A DNA stretch of 64,000 nucleotides, from the NCBI GenBank assembly GCA_038087875.1, contig CM075993.1, positions 8,496,001-8,560,000 on the forward strand, given 5' to 3'. The notes beneath the pieces are model-generated. The model was not told where the DNA came from. It worked only from the letters and a program-made list of their open reading frames with translations, and did not search any database. The translations under genes were made by a program, and so were the position numbers. The DNA is from Malacoraja senta (taxonomy: Eukaryota). This document shows positions 1 to 11,965 of this stretch, in pieces. Numbering within the stretch: the first letter of the stretch is position 1; each line of letters starts with the position of its first letter.

Positions 1-2050
1 TTGGGCAGACTTAAACAGCTGGATTTGCTTACACCTCTTGTGCAGTACTTGATTTACAAACCCTCAAGAATGTGTCATGATGATCTCTCCTCTCTCAGCC
101 TGAGCTACCTCCCCCAGTTCAGAGACAGGCACGTTGAAACGGCAAACGCTTTATTTACACTGTCACTTTATCCTTTAGCCTTGGTATGATTCCAGCCGTC
201 AAACACAAAGTTGCAACAACTGCAATATCGCAGCTACTTCCCACCTCACAAAGAGCTTAGCCACGGCATCATCTATTCCCCCTTCCTCGTGGAAGGTCTA
301 ATGTACATCAACAAAAATGCTCCCCTGCAGGTGTTTCATTTCACAGAACCATCCAATGCTCCTCATTAGAGAGTGTTTAAGAGACACCACCACTTTCGCT
401 TGCAAATAATCCAACACTCAGTTCTGTTCAATCTTTTTCCATGCACAAGGTTAAGATTAAATAGAGAACCTTGGACTGCTCTTTAAAATGAAAGCCATTT
501 AACCTCCTAGTAAAAAACTGAAATGTAGTCAAAACTAGCAGCTCCCCCTCTCTCTGATCCAGCACGAGCTGCTAAAGATTGTTAATTATTTAGTGTACAT
601 CAGGTATTCGGGCATTATCTTGTACATGACAAAGGTCAAATGTGAGGCCTCATTTATTCACAGAATGCCTTGCGAGATGTGATAAATAATAATCATTGTT
701 ATTAATGCACTTTCAGCCTGTAATCTTAAAGCTATTATAACTTTCGACTGATCTTTGTTGCTGCCTGCTCTTGAGGGAACATTCCAACCTTACTTTCCCT
801 GTATAAACTGAAATTAGTTGCAGATTATTTCCTTGAAACCAGGTTTATGGTTCTGTTTTTGTTTAATAATGTTGCTGACTATTTTCTGAGCTCAGCTCTA
901 TAATTGGATCCTGAGTGATCATCACATTGGTATTGGTTTATTGTTGGTATTATGCTTGCCCAGTCCTCGATCTTTGGCATTGCCCCTCCATTACAGCCCC
1001 AAGGAGGCAGGCAGGCAAGCATGGTGTTATCTTCCACCATTATTCCCATTTAGAAAACCATCTAGTCTCTCTGTGTTCTAGCTTTAAATAACAACTGTTC
1101 TTTTTTCCCACCGACCCACCGGAACAGTTGAGGCAAGAGGGGGGCAGGCGTGCTAGCCTTGAACCCATTTGGCCGTTCTGTGAGATCATGATTGAACTTT
1201 GCCATTTCCATGTATCTATTGTCCTATATCCTTTAACCACTTTTAGTTATTTAAAATAATCTCATTTATAATTTGTAATTAATCTGCCTTTAATGAAAGA
1301 GACTTCTAAACGTGTGCTATTACTTGCATGTAGAGGAGTTTCCAATTTCCAAATGTTTCTCCCGAAATGCCTGGTTTCATATTTTGGACAAATGGATTAT
1401 TGTGGTCTTCTCAAATATCAGAAGTGGATTCCTCTCCCCATTTTATCCTATAAGTCAGCGTGGCTTCAGCTACAAACCTATCCGTGTTCCCATTCCTAAC
1501 CCTCACCCTGGCTCCAGCCACACATCTGGAGCTCCACACATCTGCAACTCGCACTCTGGCGACAATTGTGGGAATCAGATGTCAAACTATCCAAACATTT
1601 GGGTATCAAATCAGCAGAGTTTACTGTATCCTGTTCTGTCTCGTTGAGATCCAAATCTCACATTTGTCAACATTGAATTCCCTTTGCCGCACTTTCACTT
1701 AATTTGTTGGTATCTGCTAGTAATTTATTTTGGGAGCTACTGTGGGGCAGTAGTTGAGTTACCAGTTGGCATCCTGAACACTGGATTAACAGTCCTAACA
1801 AAGAAGCTGTGAAATATAAATCTGTTAATTAAATAATCAGAAATGTTAATAAATACTACTTAATAATGGTGACTGTGAAACTATCAGCCTGTTGTAAAAG
1901 CCCATCTAATTCAAAGTTCTTCAGAGAAGAAAATCTATTGACCTTACTCAATCTAGCCCATGTGATTACATGCCCAGAGCAATGGCTTAATGGTTTGTAG
2001 CGAGCAAACGAATATTTGGGATAAACCTCTTTGACGTAGACCTCTGCAGG

Positions 2051-2176
2051 ATGGCGCAGCGGTGGAGTTGCTGCCTCACAACGCTGGAGACCCGAGTTCC
2101 AACCTGACCACGGGTGCTGTCTGCGTGGAGTTTCTACGTTCTCCCTGTGACCTGCGTGGGTTTTCTCCGAGTGTTC
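2051..2176 (+). mobile_element. HE1/V-SINE 5' fragment
   Basis: A-box-like tggcgcagcgg, B-box-like gagttccaacc, and V-domain gctgtctgcgtggagttt...ctgcgtgggttttctcc. Confidence 0.8.
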
Positions 2177-2297
2177 TTTAACATTTCATGCACATTCATC
2201 CCCTTGTGTTCTAGATTCAAACTTCTTATCGACTATTACCTTCATCCCTGCCCAGTTACTGACTGTAATTCATTGGGCTTGAGTTTATGTCAATCAC

Positions 2298-2704
2298 TAG
2301 AGCACGACTGGCCTCTCAGCCCACAATGTCTGCCAAACATGTGGCCGCGATCAACTTGTACCTACCTGCACATAATCCATAACCCTCCATTCCCTGCATA
2401 TCCATATTTTTATCCAAAAGAGTCTTAAATGCCACTACCGTATCTACCCCAGTAACATGTTCCAGGCACTCAACATCCTATGTGTAAAAAAATAAGATTT
2501 GTGCCGCACATCTCCTTGAAACTTTGCTTCTCCCACCTTAAAGCATTGCCCTTAGTATTTGTTTTTTTCTCCATCCCGGGAAAAAGTTCTGACTGTCTAC
2601 CCTATCTATGCCCCTCATAATTTGATATACTTCTATCAGGTCTCCCTGCAGCCTCCGGCATTCCAGAGGAAACAACAAATCTGTCCAACCTCTCCCTGTA
2701 GCTA
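2298..2704 (-). mobile_element. Degenerate CR1 LINE 3' fragment
   Basis: Resembles the reverse complement of the CR1 ORF2 C-terminus and 3' UTR seen elsewhere in the window. Confidence 0.7.
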
Positions 2705-3274
2705 CTGCCGCACTAGGGGCGCCGGCCGCATTGATGGCAGCCTCTGCCTATGGGCTGTGTGTTTTTCTATCTTTTTTCATTTTTAATTTGTTTGAAAAGT
2801 ACCTTTTGGAGGATTTTTTAAAGTATTTCTATGTGGGGGAGGGGGGAGGGTAAGGGGGAAACCGTTTCTCAGTCACTTCCTGGCGAGGATGTGACTATTC
2901 TCCGAGTCGCATGTTCGCACCCCCCCCTCGCAGCCTACCAACTGGATTGGCGCGGCCTTTCATGCCGGGGACCAGACCAAAGCTTCAGCGGCAGCGCAGC
3001 ACTGGATTCACCGCGGAGCGGGCGATGCCTTACCTGGATCGCCGTTTGAAGCTCCAGAGTGTTGGGCCTGCTGCTTCAACATCGTGGAGCTGTGGTTTGC
3101 AGAGCTTCCAGCATGGGCGGCGCTGACCTCAACATCGCGGAGTCCTGGGATTCCCTTTGCCGAGGTCAGCCAGCGTGAATCTCCGCCCAGCGCGGCCTGT
3201 GGACTTCAGGAGCCGCGGTCTCCGGTAGGAAGTGGCCGATTCGGATGTCCAAGCCGCTGAGAATGTTTTCCCGT
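2705..3274. repeat. Unclassified GC/CpG-rich insertion inside the CR1 fragment
   Basis: Abrupt compositional shift. CR1-like sequence (gtcatctgcaaattactaa) resumes at about 3275-3343. Confidence 0.5.
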
Positions 3275-3346
3275 TTAACCTTGACAACCTTCCTCATTGT
3301 CAGTGACCCCAGTAATCTTTTTGTCATCTGCAAATTACTAACCAGG

Positions 3347-3631
3347 TTTAGAGACACAGCATGGAAACAGGCCTCTTTGGCCTCCCGAATCCGTGCTGAT
3401 CATCGATCACCTGTTTGCACTCGGTCTTTGTTAGCCCACTTTCTCATCCACTCCCTGCACATTAGGGGCAATTTTACAGAGGCCAATTAACCTACAAACC
3501 TGCACGTCTTTGGCTTGTGGAGAAAACCTTAGCACCCGTAGGAAACCCATGCGAATGTGCAAATTCCACAGAGACAGCACCCGAGATCAGGATTGAACCG
3601 GGGTCTCGGGGCTGCAGGCAGCAGCTCCACC
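3347..3631 (-). mobile_element. HE1/V-SINE
   Basis: tttagagacacagcatggaaacaggcc tail, ccaattaacctacaaacctgcacgtctttgg, and reverse-complement B box. Confidence 0.8.
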
Positions 3632-4384
3632 AGCTTGTTCCATATATATCCCATTTGCATAAATGATGGCGTGAAGTTGCACCAGATTTGGATCGTTGAG
3701 GTGTTGTGCTGCTGATTTTTGGTGTAACTACATCTGACTGGTTGATACAAACCAATGTTTATGACCTGACAAACAGTTAGGTCAACCATCTGCTCGGCCC
3801 ACAGGAGACCTTGACCTGCACTTCCTCTGGTAAAGGCCCTGCAGACAATTGTTTAACCTGCTGCCTGACTGCACTGCTGTGTTTGCTGCCTGCTTTTGGG
3901 TTACTTCCTCCTTGTGGTTTTGATTGCTATCTCACTTCCAGAGAAGAGAGGCAGAGGTTTGAAGATAAGCCAGTGGCTGTTAGTGCTGTGGGAAGGAAGC
4001 CTTTTCGGTTGAGTAAGGTGGGAGAGCAGAATGTCATGAGGGGCACAGCTTTGTTAACTTGTTTACACACATTTCTTCAGTTTTCTTTTCTGACTATCCA
4101 TATGAATGGTTTTTGTATTAGTAGTCTTGCCCTTCTCCAACAGTGCATGGAGAATTCAAACAACACCAAGTGTTTGGAGAATGTTGTGCTGCACCAGTTC
4201 AGGCCTCGTTCACATCCTAGTTTTATTCATTGCAGTGTTGCTGACCTTGCCACCAGTTGCCTTGGCCTGAATCCCTAATTCATCCTCTAAGTCACTGTTT
4301 AAAAGCAACCTCCTTGACCAAATGTTTAGGTGAATAGCTTCACATTTCTATATGTTACACAGTGTCAAAGTTTGTCCAAATAAG

Positions 4385-6110
4385 AGTCATACTGCACAGA
4401 ATCAGGCCCTTTGGCTCAACTCAAGATACCCCACCTAAGTTTGTCTTATTTTCCCATATTTTTCTCAAATCCCTCAAATCCCTCTAAACCGTTCCTATCT
4501 ATGTACCTATCGAAATGTTTTATAAATGGTGTTATTATATCTGCTTTACCTATTTCCTCTGGCAGCTTGTTCCATATACCCAATACCCTATGTGAAAAAG
4601 CTGCCCCTCAGATTGAACCTTTTTCCCCTCACCTTAAACTATGCACTCTCGTTCTTGATTTCCCTCAGCTGAAAAATAAGACTGTGCATTCACACTATCT
4701 ATTCCCCTCATGATTTTATATACCGCTATAAGATCACTCCTCAGCCTCCTGTGTCCCAAGGCATAAAGCCCTAGCGGGTCCAACCTCTCCCTATAACTCA
4801 GACCCTCGAGTTCAGGCAGCAACCTTGTAAATAGACAAGGTTGGCTGAAGAGTGTAGGAAGGAACTGCAGATGCTGGTTTAAACTGAAGATCGACACAAA
4901 AATCTGGAGTAACTCAGCGGGACAGGCAGCATCTCTGGAGAGAAGGAATGGGTGACGTGTCGGGTCGAGACTCTTCTTCAGACTAGTCAGGGGAAAGGGT
5001 TAACGAGAGATATAGATGATGTAGAGAGATATAGAACAATGAATGAAAGATATGCAAAAAAGTAATGATGAGCAAGGGAACAGGTCATTGTTAGCTGTTT
5101 GTTGGGTAAAAACAAGAAGCTGGTGCGACTTGGGTGGCTGAGGGATGGAGAGGGAGGGAATGCCGGGCTTACTTGAAGTTAGAGAAATCAATATTCATAC
5201 CACTGAGCAGTAAGCTGCCCAAGTGAAATTTGGCTGAAGAGCCTATTTCCATGCTGTACTAAATCTTCTCTGCATTCTTTCCAGCCTAATGGCATCTTTT
5301 CTATAGCAGAATTACCAAAACTGAACACCATTCACCGCCTGCCTCACCAACATATGGTACAACTGTAACATATCGTCCCAACCTGTATACTCAATTCCCT
5401 GTCTGATGAAGGCCAACATGCCAAAAACATTCTTCACCGATCTATCTAGCTACAATGCCACTATCCGGGAGTATGTACTTGTACTCCTGGATCTCTCTGT
5501 TCTACAACATTCTCCATGGGCCTTCCGTTCACTGTGAATGTCTTGTCCTGATTTGACATCCTGAATACAACAACACCTCATATGTTTTCTGTATTAAACT
5601 TAATCAACCATTTCTCGGTCCACTTCCCCAGCTGATCATGATCCCGCTGTAATTCTTGATACATCTTCACTGTTTACCATCTGATCATACCATCTATTTT
5701 AGTGCCATCTGCACACTTACTAATCACTTACTTGTACATTCTCATCCAAATCATTGATATAAACCACGAACGGCCATGGGCCCAACAACGCTCCCTGAGG
5801 TACACGACTAGTCGCAGGCCTCCAGTCTGAGAAACAACCTTCCACCTCTCTGCTTCTCACCATGAAGCCGATTCTGTATCCAGTTCGCTGGGTTTCCCTG
5901 GATCCCATGTGATCTAACCTTCCAGGGCAGTCTGCCTTGCTCATCATTACTTTTTTGCATATCTTTCATTCATTGTTCTATATCTCTCTACATCATCTAT
6001 ATGTCTTGCTGAAATCCATATAAACCATGTCTATGGCCCTCCCCTCATCAACCTTCCTGGTTGCTTCTTCAAAAAATCAAATTCATGAGAAGCCATCTCC
6101 CACCACACAA
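4385..6110 (-). mobile_element. Fragmented CR1 LINE interrupted by a PLE 3' fragment
   Basis: Minus-strand peptides LEGLSYRERLDPLGLYALGHRRLRSDLI and FSDWRPATSRVPQGALLGPWPFVVYINDLD. Confidence 0.8.
4853..5230 (-). mobile_element. Penelope 3' fragment: endonuclease C-terminus plus pLTR with a mutated hammerhead
   Basis: Minus strand encodes FHLGSLLLSGMNIDFSNFK*, matching the C-terminus of the PLE near 23525-23585. The pLTR module lies at 4853-4984. Confidence 0.8.
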
Positions 6111-6114
6111 CCTG

Positions 6115-6252
6115 TGTAAGAAAGAACTGCAGATGCTGGTTTAAATCAAAGGTAGACACAAAATGCTGGAGTAACTCAGCGGGTGAGGCAGCATCTCATA
6201 CTGAAGAAGGGTCTCGACCCGAAACGTCGCCCATTCCTTCTCTCCAGAGATG
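6115..6252. repeat. Rearranged PLE pLTR fold-back fragment
   Basis: agacacaaaatgctggagtaactcagc arm followed by an opposite-orientation ctgaagaagggtctcgacccgaaacgtc arm. Confidence 0.75.
6201..6228 (+). ncRNA. Minimal hammerhead ribozyme motif (PLE-derived)
   Basis: ctgaagaagggtctcgacccgaaacgtc, intact core with a GUC triplet. Confidence 0.65.
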
Positions 6253-7407
6253 TCCTGGTATGTTCATATTCTTAGATTGGCACACTTTTTTGGCATTATT
6301 TCAGTTGCAACCTTTACACAACTTAGAGGGAATGATTAGCACGGTAAATGGCAGAGATCCGACCCGAATCTCAACCAATTGTGAATATTATACAGTTCTC
6401 AAATCATCCTGAATAAACATTTGATGTCCTGGGCAAGAGCATGAACGTCCAGCACTTCTGCCCAAAGTCCTTCATGTTTTTAATTAAGATCTATCCACCA
6501 AAGAGGAAGCAGCTCTTTGAATTTCTAAGTCCTCAATATTTCACGGACAAATTAACATAAAAATAAATTTAAACAAGACTGAGATTTGAAAGGCTGTATT
6601 TGCTCAGCAGGTACGCCTCCCATGATGGCATCACCTACACTTTAAATTGTAGGTAATTCTATATCAAGTAACAGTAATTTTCCTATGAAACGTTGCCGTA
6701 TAAAAAGTCATGTTATAGCCAAACAGGCGAGAGTTGCCTTCAAAGCGCAGATATAAACAGGATTTCCGATCATGATCACGCTATAACAAATATGGGCCAT
6801 ATAACGTTCCCTAATCCATGAACCCATGAATCACGTTAGAACTGAATCTCGTTCTGGAATCGTGCTTCATAGCAGATCTACCTGTGCTCCCACAGCACTG
6901 GCTGAGATCACTGTACATTCTCCCGTCCACGTGCTGTCTTTCTGGCCAGTTGGTGAATGGGCCCTGGCAGAAAACTCAGAAGATTTACATCCCACTAAAT
7001 GAATACATTTCTCCATCTCTTTCTAACACAGCTGATGCCTTATCACTCGATTGTGGCCCTTTGTTCTAGACTGCAGCTTGCTGCATCTGACGTGTGTGTG
7101 TCAATGAAATCATCTCTCATCCCTCTTAACTGCAGTGAGATGACCTAATTTCTTGTCACCGGACAGTGCTCTCATCTCTGGCACAATCCAATGGAATCTT
7201 TCCACTGTCTTCAAGGTTCTCACACCATAAGCACGCTGGAACCATAAACGCAGTGCTCCAGGTGTGGTCACGCTGATGTTTTATACAATTGCTGTCATTT
7301 AAACGGCCGTGGAGACGGTGGGACAAGATGGCATGTCATTCCATTCACATTCAGTTTACATTTTATATTTAAGATGGATACAAAAAGCTGCAGTAACTCA
7401 GCGGGAC

Positions 7408-7491
7408 AGAATGCCTAGTAATTGTAACCCCGCCTAATTATAGCATTCATAGTGTAAGATCCTACCCACTGTCTACCGGTACCAGTAGCAG
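7408..7491. repeat. Left arm of an 84-bp inverted repeat
   Basis: Reverse complement of 8818-8901 with one mismatch. Confidence 0.95.
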
Positions 7492-8833
7492 TGTGAACGT
7501 GTGATGACCTGCTTAGAAGTTAATGACCTGAACAATAACGATGCTTGTGTTTCAACCTGTGTAAGTCTGAGCTCTTTACATGGTATCAGAAGTGGGATCA
7601 GGTGACCATGATAATCAATAACAAACCTCTGATCGCCAAAGTCGATACCGGCGCCAGAGTAAACGTCATGTCACTCAAAGTGTTGAACAAGATAAGGACC
7701 ACTGAGCTCATGAAAAAAGACTCCTCCACTCTACATGCTTACGGAGGGGAAATTCTTCACCCGCTGGGTAAAGCTGATCTCAAATGTACCATCAATGAAC
7801 AGACCAAGAACTTACTTGTCTACATCGTCCAACCAAGTTCTGAGACCCTGCTAGGCATCAATGCATGCCATGACTTGGGTCTGGTCTATTTCGGGCGTGC
7901 TGTCCACAAACTCTGTCTGACAGAGGAACCAACGAAACAGATGCTATCCAACTATAAAGACTTGTTTGACGACAAACTCGGCAAACTACCGACAGTATAC
8001 AAGATCATTGTTGACCATATGGTCACCCCGATCGTACGTGCTCCTCACCGCGTCCCGCATGGCATGGGTGAGAAAACACACGATGAACTAAAACGTATGG
8101 TCTCTATCGGAGTCATTGCCGAAGTCAGCGAACCCTCTGACTGGGTCTCCACCATGGTTGTCACCACATAGAAAGACAAGGAGTTACGCATCTGCATCAA
8201 TCCTAAAGATTTGAACACAACAATCAAACGCCAACACTACCCAATGAGAACTACCGAGGATATAGCGGCACGAATCGGCAACGCAACGGTGTTCTCAGTT
8301 TTGGATGCCATAATTTATTTCTGGCAAATCCCGTTAGACTGTGCCTCATCGGCGTTAACAACCTTCACCACCCCGTTTGGCCGTTACCGATTCCTAAGAA
8401 TGCCCTTCGGTATCAACTCTGCTAGCGAAGCCTTCCAGCGTGCAATGAAACAACTGTTCGCAGAATTTCCTTGTGCCACCGTCCTTGTGACGACATCCTA
8501 GTTTACGGCCAAGATGCGACCGAGCATGATGCCAACCTACGTAAGGTGCTGGACCGTGCCAGAGACATTAATTTAAAACTGAACCCTCTGAAGTGCAAGT
8601 TCAGAGTTCCTGAAGTCACCTACCTAGGGCACGTGTTCACCAGCAACGGGTTAAAACCTGATCCGCTGAAGACTGAAGCAATCAACGAGCTGCCGGTACC
8701 AACTGACGTCACCAGCCTACAACGGTTTTTAGGTATGGTCAACTACCTGGGCAAATTCATTCCCAATCTCAGCGAATTGTCAGCCCCTCTGCATCAACTA
8801 ACCCACAAGGACAACACCTGCTACTGGTACCGG
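7492..8833 (+). mobile_element. Decayed Ty3/Gypsy pol fragment: aspartic protease, RT, connection region
   Basis: KVDTGARVNV; SDWVSTMVV; LRICINPKDLN..IKRQHYPM; FSVLDA..FWQI; TPFGRYRFLRMPFGI; DDILVYG; LQRFLGMVNYLGKFIPNLS. In-frame stop at 8169-8171 and a frameshift near 8480. Confidence 0.92.
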
Positions 8834-8901
8834 TAGACAGTGGGTAGGATCTTACACTATGAATGCTATAATTAGGCGGGGTTATAATTACTAGGCATTC
8901 T
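8818..8901. repeat. Right arm of the 84-bp inverted repeat
   Basis: Reverse complement of 7408-7491 with one mismatch. Confidence 0.95.
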
Positions 8902-11437
8902 AATTGGCTAACATGCTATAGCCAATCTACAATATGCAACCTAACGGAGGAATTTAACTGCTTTCAGTCCCATGAATGTCTATATATCCACTAAGTTCCA
9001 CCTTCCCCTTTGATTGTTAATGCTCTTGATTTGTATTTTGTACCCTCTGCTGTGAAGGTATAAAACCTTTAACTTCCCCATTCTTTCCTTTTGTGCGGTG
9101 AAAGTTATCTTCACCGGTAAGGCTAGCATTTATAGCCTAGAACATAATGAGCTCACAGCACCCTGTGTCTTAACAGGACTTGCAGAGGACCATTGGGGAC
9201 AAACACAAACGCTGCAGGACCTCAGAAGGTCAGGCAGCATCTGTGGAGGGAATTTACAGACGACGTTTCAGCTCACTGTACAAGGGCCCCACCCATAAAC
9301 ATGGTCTGGCCATTCTCTCCACCGATGCTGCCTGACCCACTGAGTTCCTCCAGCACTTTGTTTTTTGCTTGTGATTCCAGCATCGGCAGTCACTTGTGTC
9401 TGTAGTTGGATGTTGTTTTTGTGGTGATGTGATACAATAGTGTGGCTAGGCTATTTCAGAAGACCACAGAAATGTGGGTCTGAAGTTAACGGGCTGGCCC
9501 AGGCCTTGAGGAGGTTAATCATTGCATTTGATGGTGATAACCGTTTCCGATAATGTTTCTTTAAATAAATGTAATTAACTTAATTATTATTTACCATGAT
9601 GGTGTGGAGGGATTTGAATTTGTCTCCAGTAGATCAGTCGTCTCTTTGGAATTAATGGTTCAATATCATAACCAGTAAATTACTGCACTGCTGTTTATAA
9701 ATGACTTTGGAGTTGCCTTTTATGTTCCCCACTAATTTGATGTTCATACATTCTTCTTCTCCTCACTTCCTTTTTCTAATTCCATCCTACACTTTTCACA
9801 TACCTCTGTGCCCACTTATTCTCCACATAATTACTGCCGTCTCAGCCGTGTTTACTCTCAACCGCCATGCTTCATTTGTACCGTGTTCTTGTGTTTCGTA
9901 AAAGTTCACTCTCTTTCGCTTATGCTCCACCGTTGCAAACTCTCCCAGTAGTTTTGGCAAAATTATAAGTCTGTCAGGAAGAGAGATGGTGTGTGTCAGT
10001 GGGAGAGATGGAGTGTTCCTGTGGGAGAGAAAGGTGTGTGTGTGTGGGAGAGGGAGAGGGAGGGAGGGAGGGAGGGAGGGAGAGGGAGAGAACCTGTGGG
10101 AGGGAAAGGAGTGTGTCAGTGAGAAAGAGATGGGTTTCTCAGTGAGAGAATTTAGCCACAATTTGATTACTTTCCCTCTGGACTTTTTATTTCCTAATGG
10201 AATACAAATATTATTTACAGTTCATTGAATGTTAGACTCTGCTTATCTATTATATATTTTTCAATCTACTTGAGCACACGTTGGACATGTTGAATTTGTT
10301 TTTTAAAAGGCACAATGCAAGAGGAACTCATTGCACCAGCCAGCATCCCTGGAGAACATAGATAGGTGACGTTTCATGTTGAGAACTTTCTTCAGAATGT
10401 TGTCGGGTGTGTTTTGAATGGATGTATTCAAATCCATTGAATGGATTTAAGTTTGATTTAGAGTATTGTTGCATCTGTTGCCTTCAAACCCTATATTGTA
10501 TTCTTTCATATTATAATTACTTTTCCCTTGGCATGTGGAGTGCAGTTCCTTATACAAAAAAGGATCTAAAATAATCAGTCCTGTGGTTAATTCAAAACCT
10601 TAAATGGTAGAAGAAACCTTTACCACTACACTTGATGAATTTAATCTCTAATCTGCTTAATTGTATGTGATTAAAGTCCCCTATCATTACTGCATTAGGT
10701 TTGTTTCTAGACATTGTGTACTTTTCTCTCACCCCGTCTCATCCAGGCTCCCATACCGTCTCACTGCAACTTAGTCGAGGTAACTCAAACAGCGAGATTA
10801 TTATAAAGCAAAAGCATGCATTTGTAAAGAACCCTTGAATATGGGGAAATTCCAAGGTGCATCACGGGCACATAATTTGTTAAGAATTGTCACAGGAGAC
10901 TTTAAGAGGGACAGCTCTAAATGCTTGCTGAAAAGTGAGCGTGGGTGGGGGGGGGGGGTCAAGGCTGTTTAGGAATGCAGGATCATTCAATTGGCAAGGT
11001 CAAGGATTGTTTGTGTAAATAAAAAAGCCCCATACCACGTGAAAGTGGTTTCTGGGATTATTTAATGAGCTGATTTAAAATGTTCCTTTACGATCTCTGG
11101 TTATCCTGCTGTCAGAAACTCCCCAAGGTTGCACGGTGGACGTGTTGTCTGAGCCCCATGTGGCACCTGACAGCCTGCCTTTGGCACCAGGACGACAAGT
11201 CTTGGCATGGGGCAATCTTTGTGCAGTACAGAATGTTCCATCCAAAGGAGTGCCTGTTCACTTCAGTCATTAAATACTGGCATGGATCTGACTGATTCGC
11301 AGCAACCCGCAATGACAGTGGGTGGCGGGCCTCAGAAGCAGGCAATGCAACACACAACTTCTGGGTTCCTGCTGCTAGACCTCTGAACTCCTTTCGACGA
11401 AACTAAAGTGGCCAGCAATATGATTTCTGAAATCGGT

Positions 11438-11965
11438 GGCATCTCTGGAGAAAAATACTAGGTGACGTTTCGGCTCTCTCTCTCTTCTTCAGACTGAAAG
11501 CAGGGGGTGGGGTTGAGGGAGTGGGGGTGAAGAAGAACTGCAGGCAAGAAAACACCAGGAAAAAAATCATGGCTGGCCACAAAAGACTTTAGGCGGGGTG
11601 GTGCCCTGTAGGCCCATTGTTGACCAGTGAAGGTGTGATCTCAAGAGGGAATCAATGTGGAGAACTATGGAACTGGTAAAACGACCTATGTGGAGGAAGG
11701 AGGGGTGGGGGGGGAGAGAGTGTAGGTTACTTAAAATCAGATAATTCAATGCTCATATCGCTGCAATGTGAGCTACTCAAGCAAAATGTGAGATGCTGCT
11801 CCTCCAATTTGCATGTGACCTCACTCTGTCAATGGGGGAGGCCGAGTACAGAAAACTCAGCATGGGAATGGAAAGGAGAGTTGGAATGTTGGAAACCAGG
11901 AGATCCTATGCGGACCCCTGCGTAAGTGTTAGTGAAACGGCCGCCGAGTCTACATTTGGTCTCAC
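11438..11965 (-). mobile_element. Older degenerate Penelope 3' fragment
   Basis: gatgctgctcctccaatttg, ggagagttgg and ttggtctcac parallel the PLE at 23520-23770. pLTR remnant at 11438-11496. Confidence 0.7.

Noticed and set aside
7408..8901. DIRS element (RT with inverted terminal repeats)
   Set aside because: It has an aspartic protease and Gypsy-type RT motifs and no tyrosine recombinase; DIRS elements lack protease.
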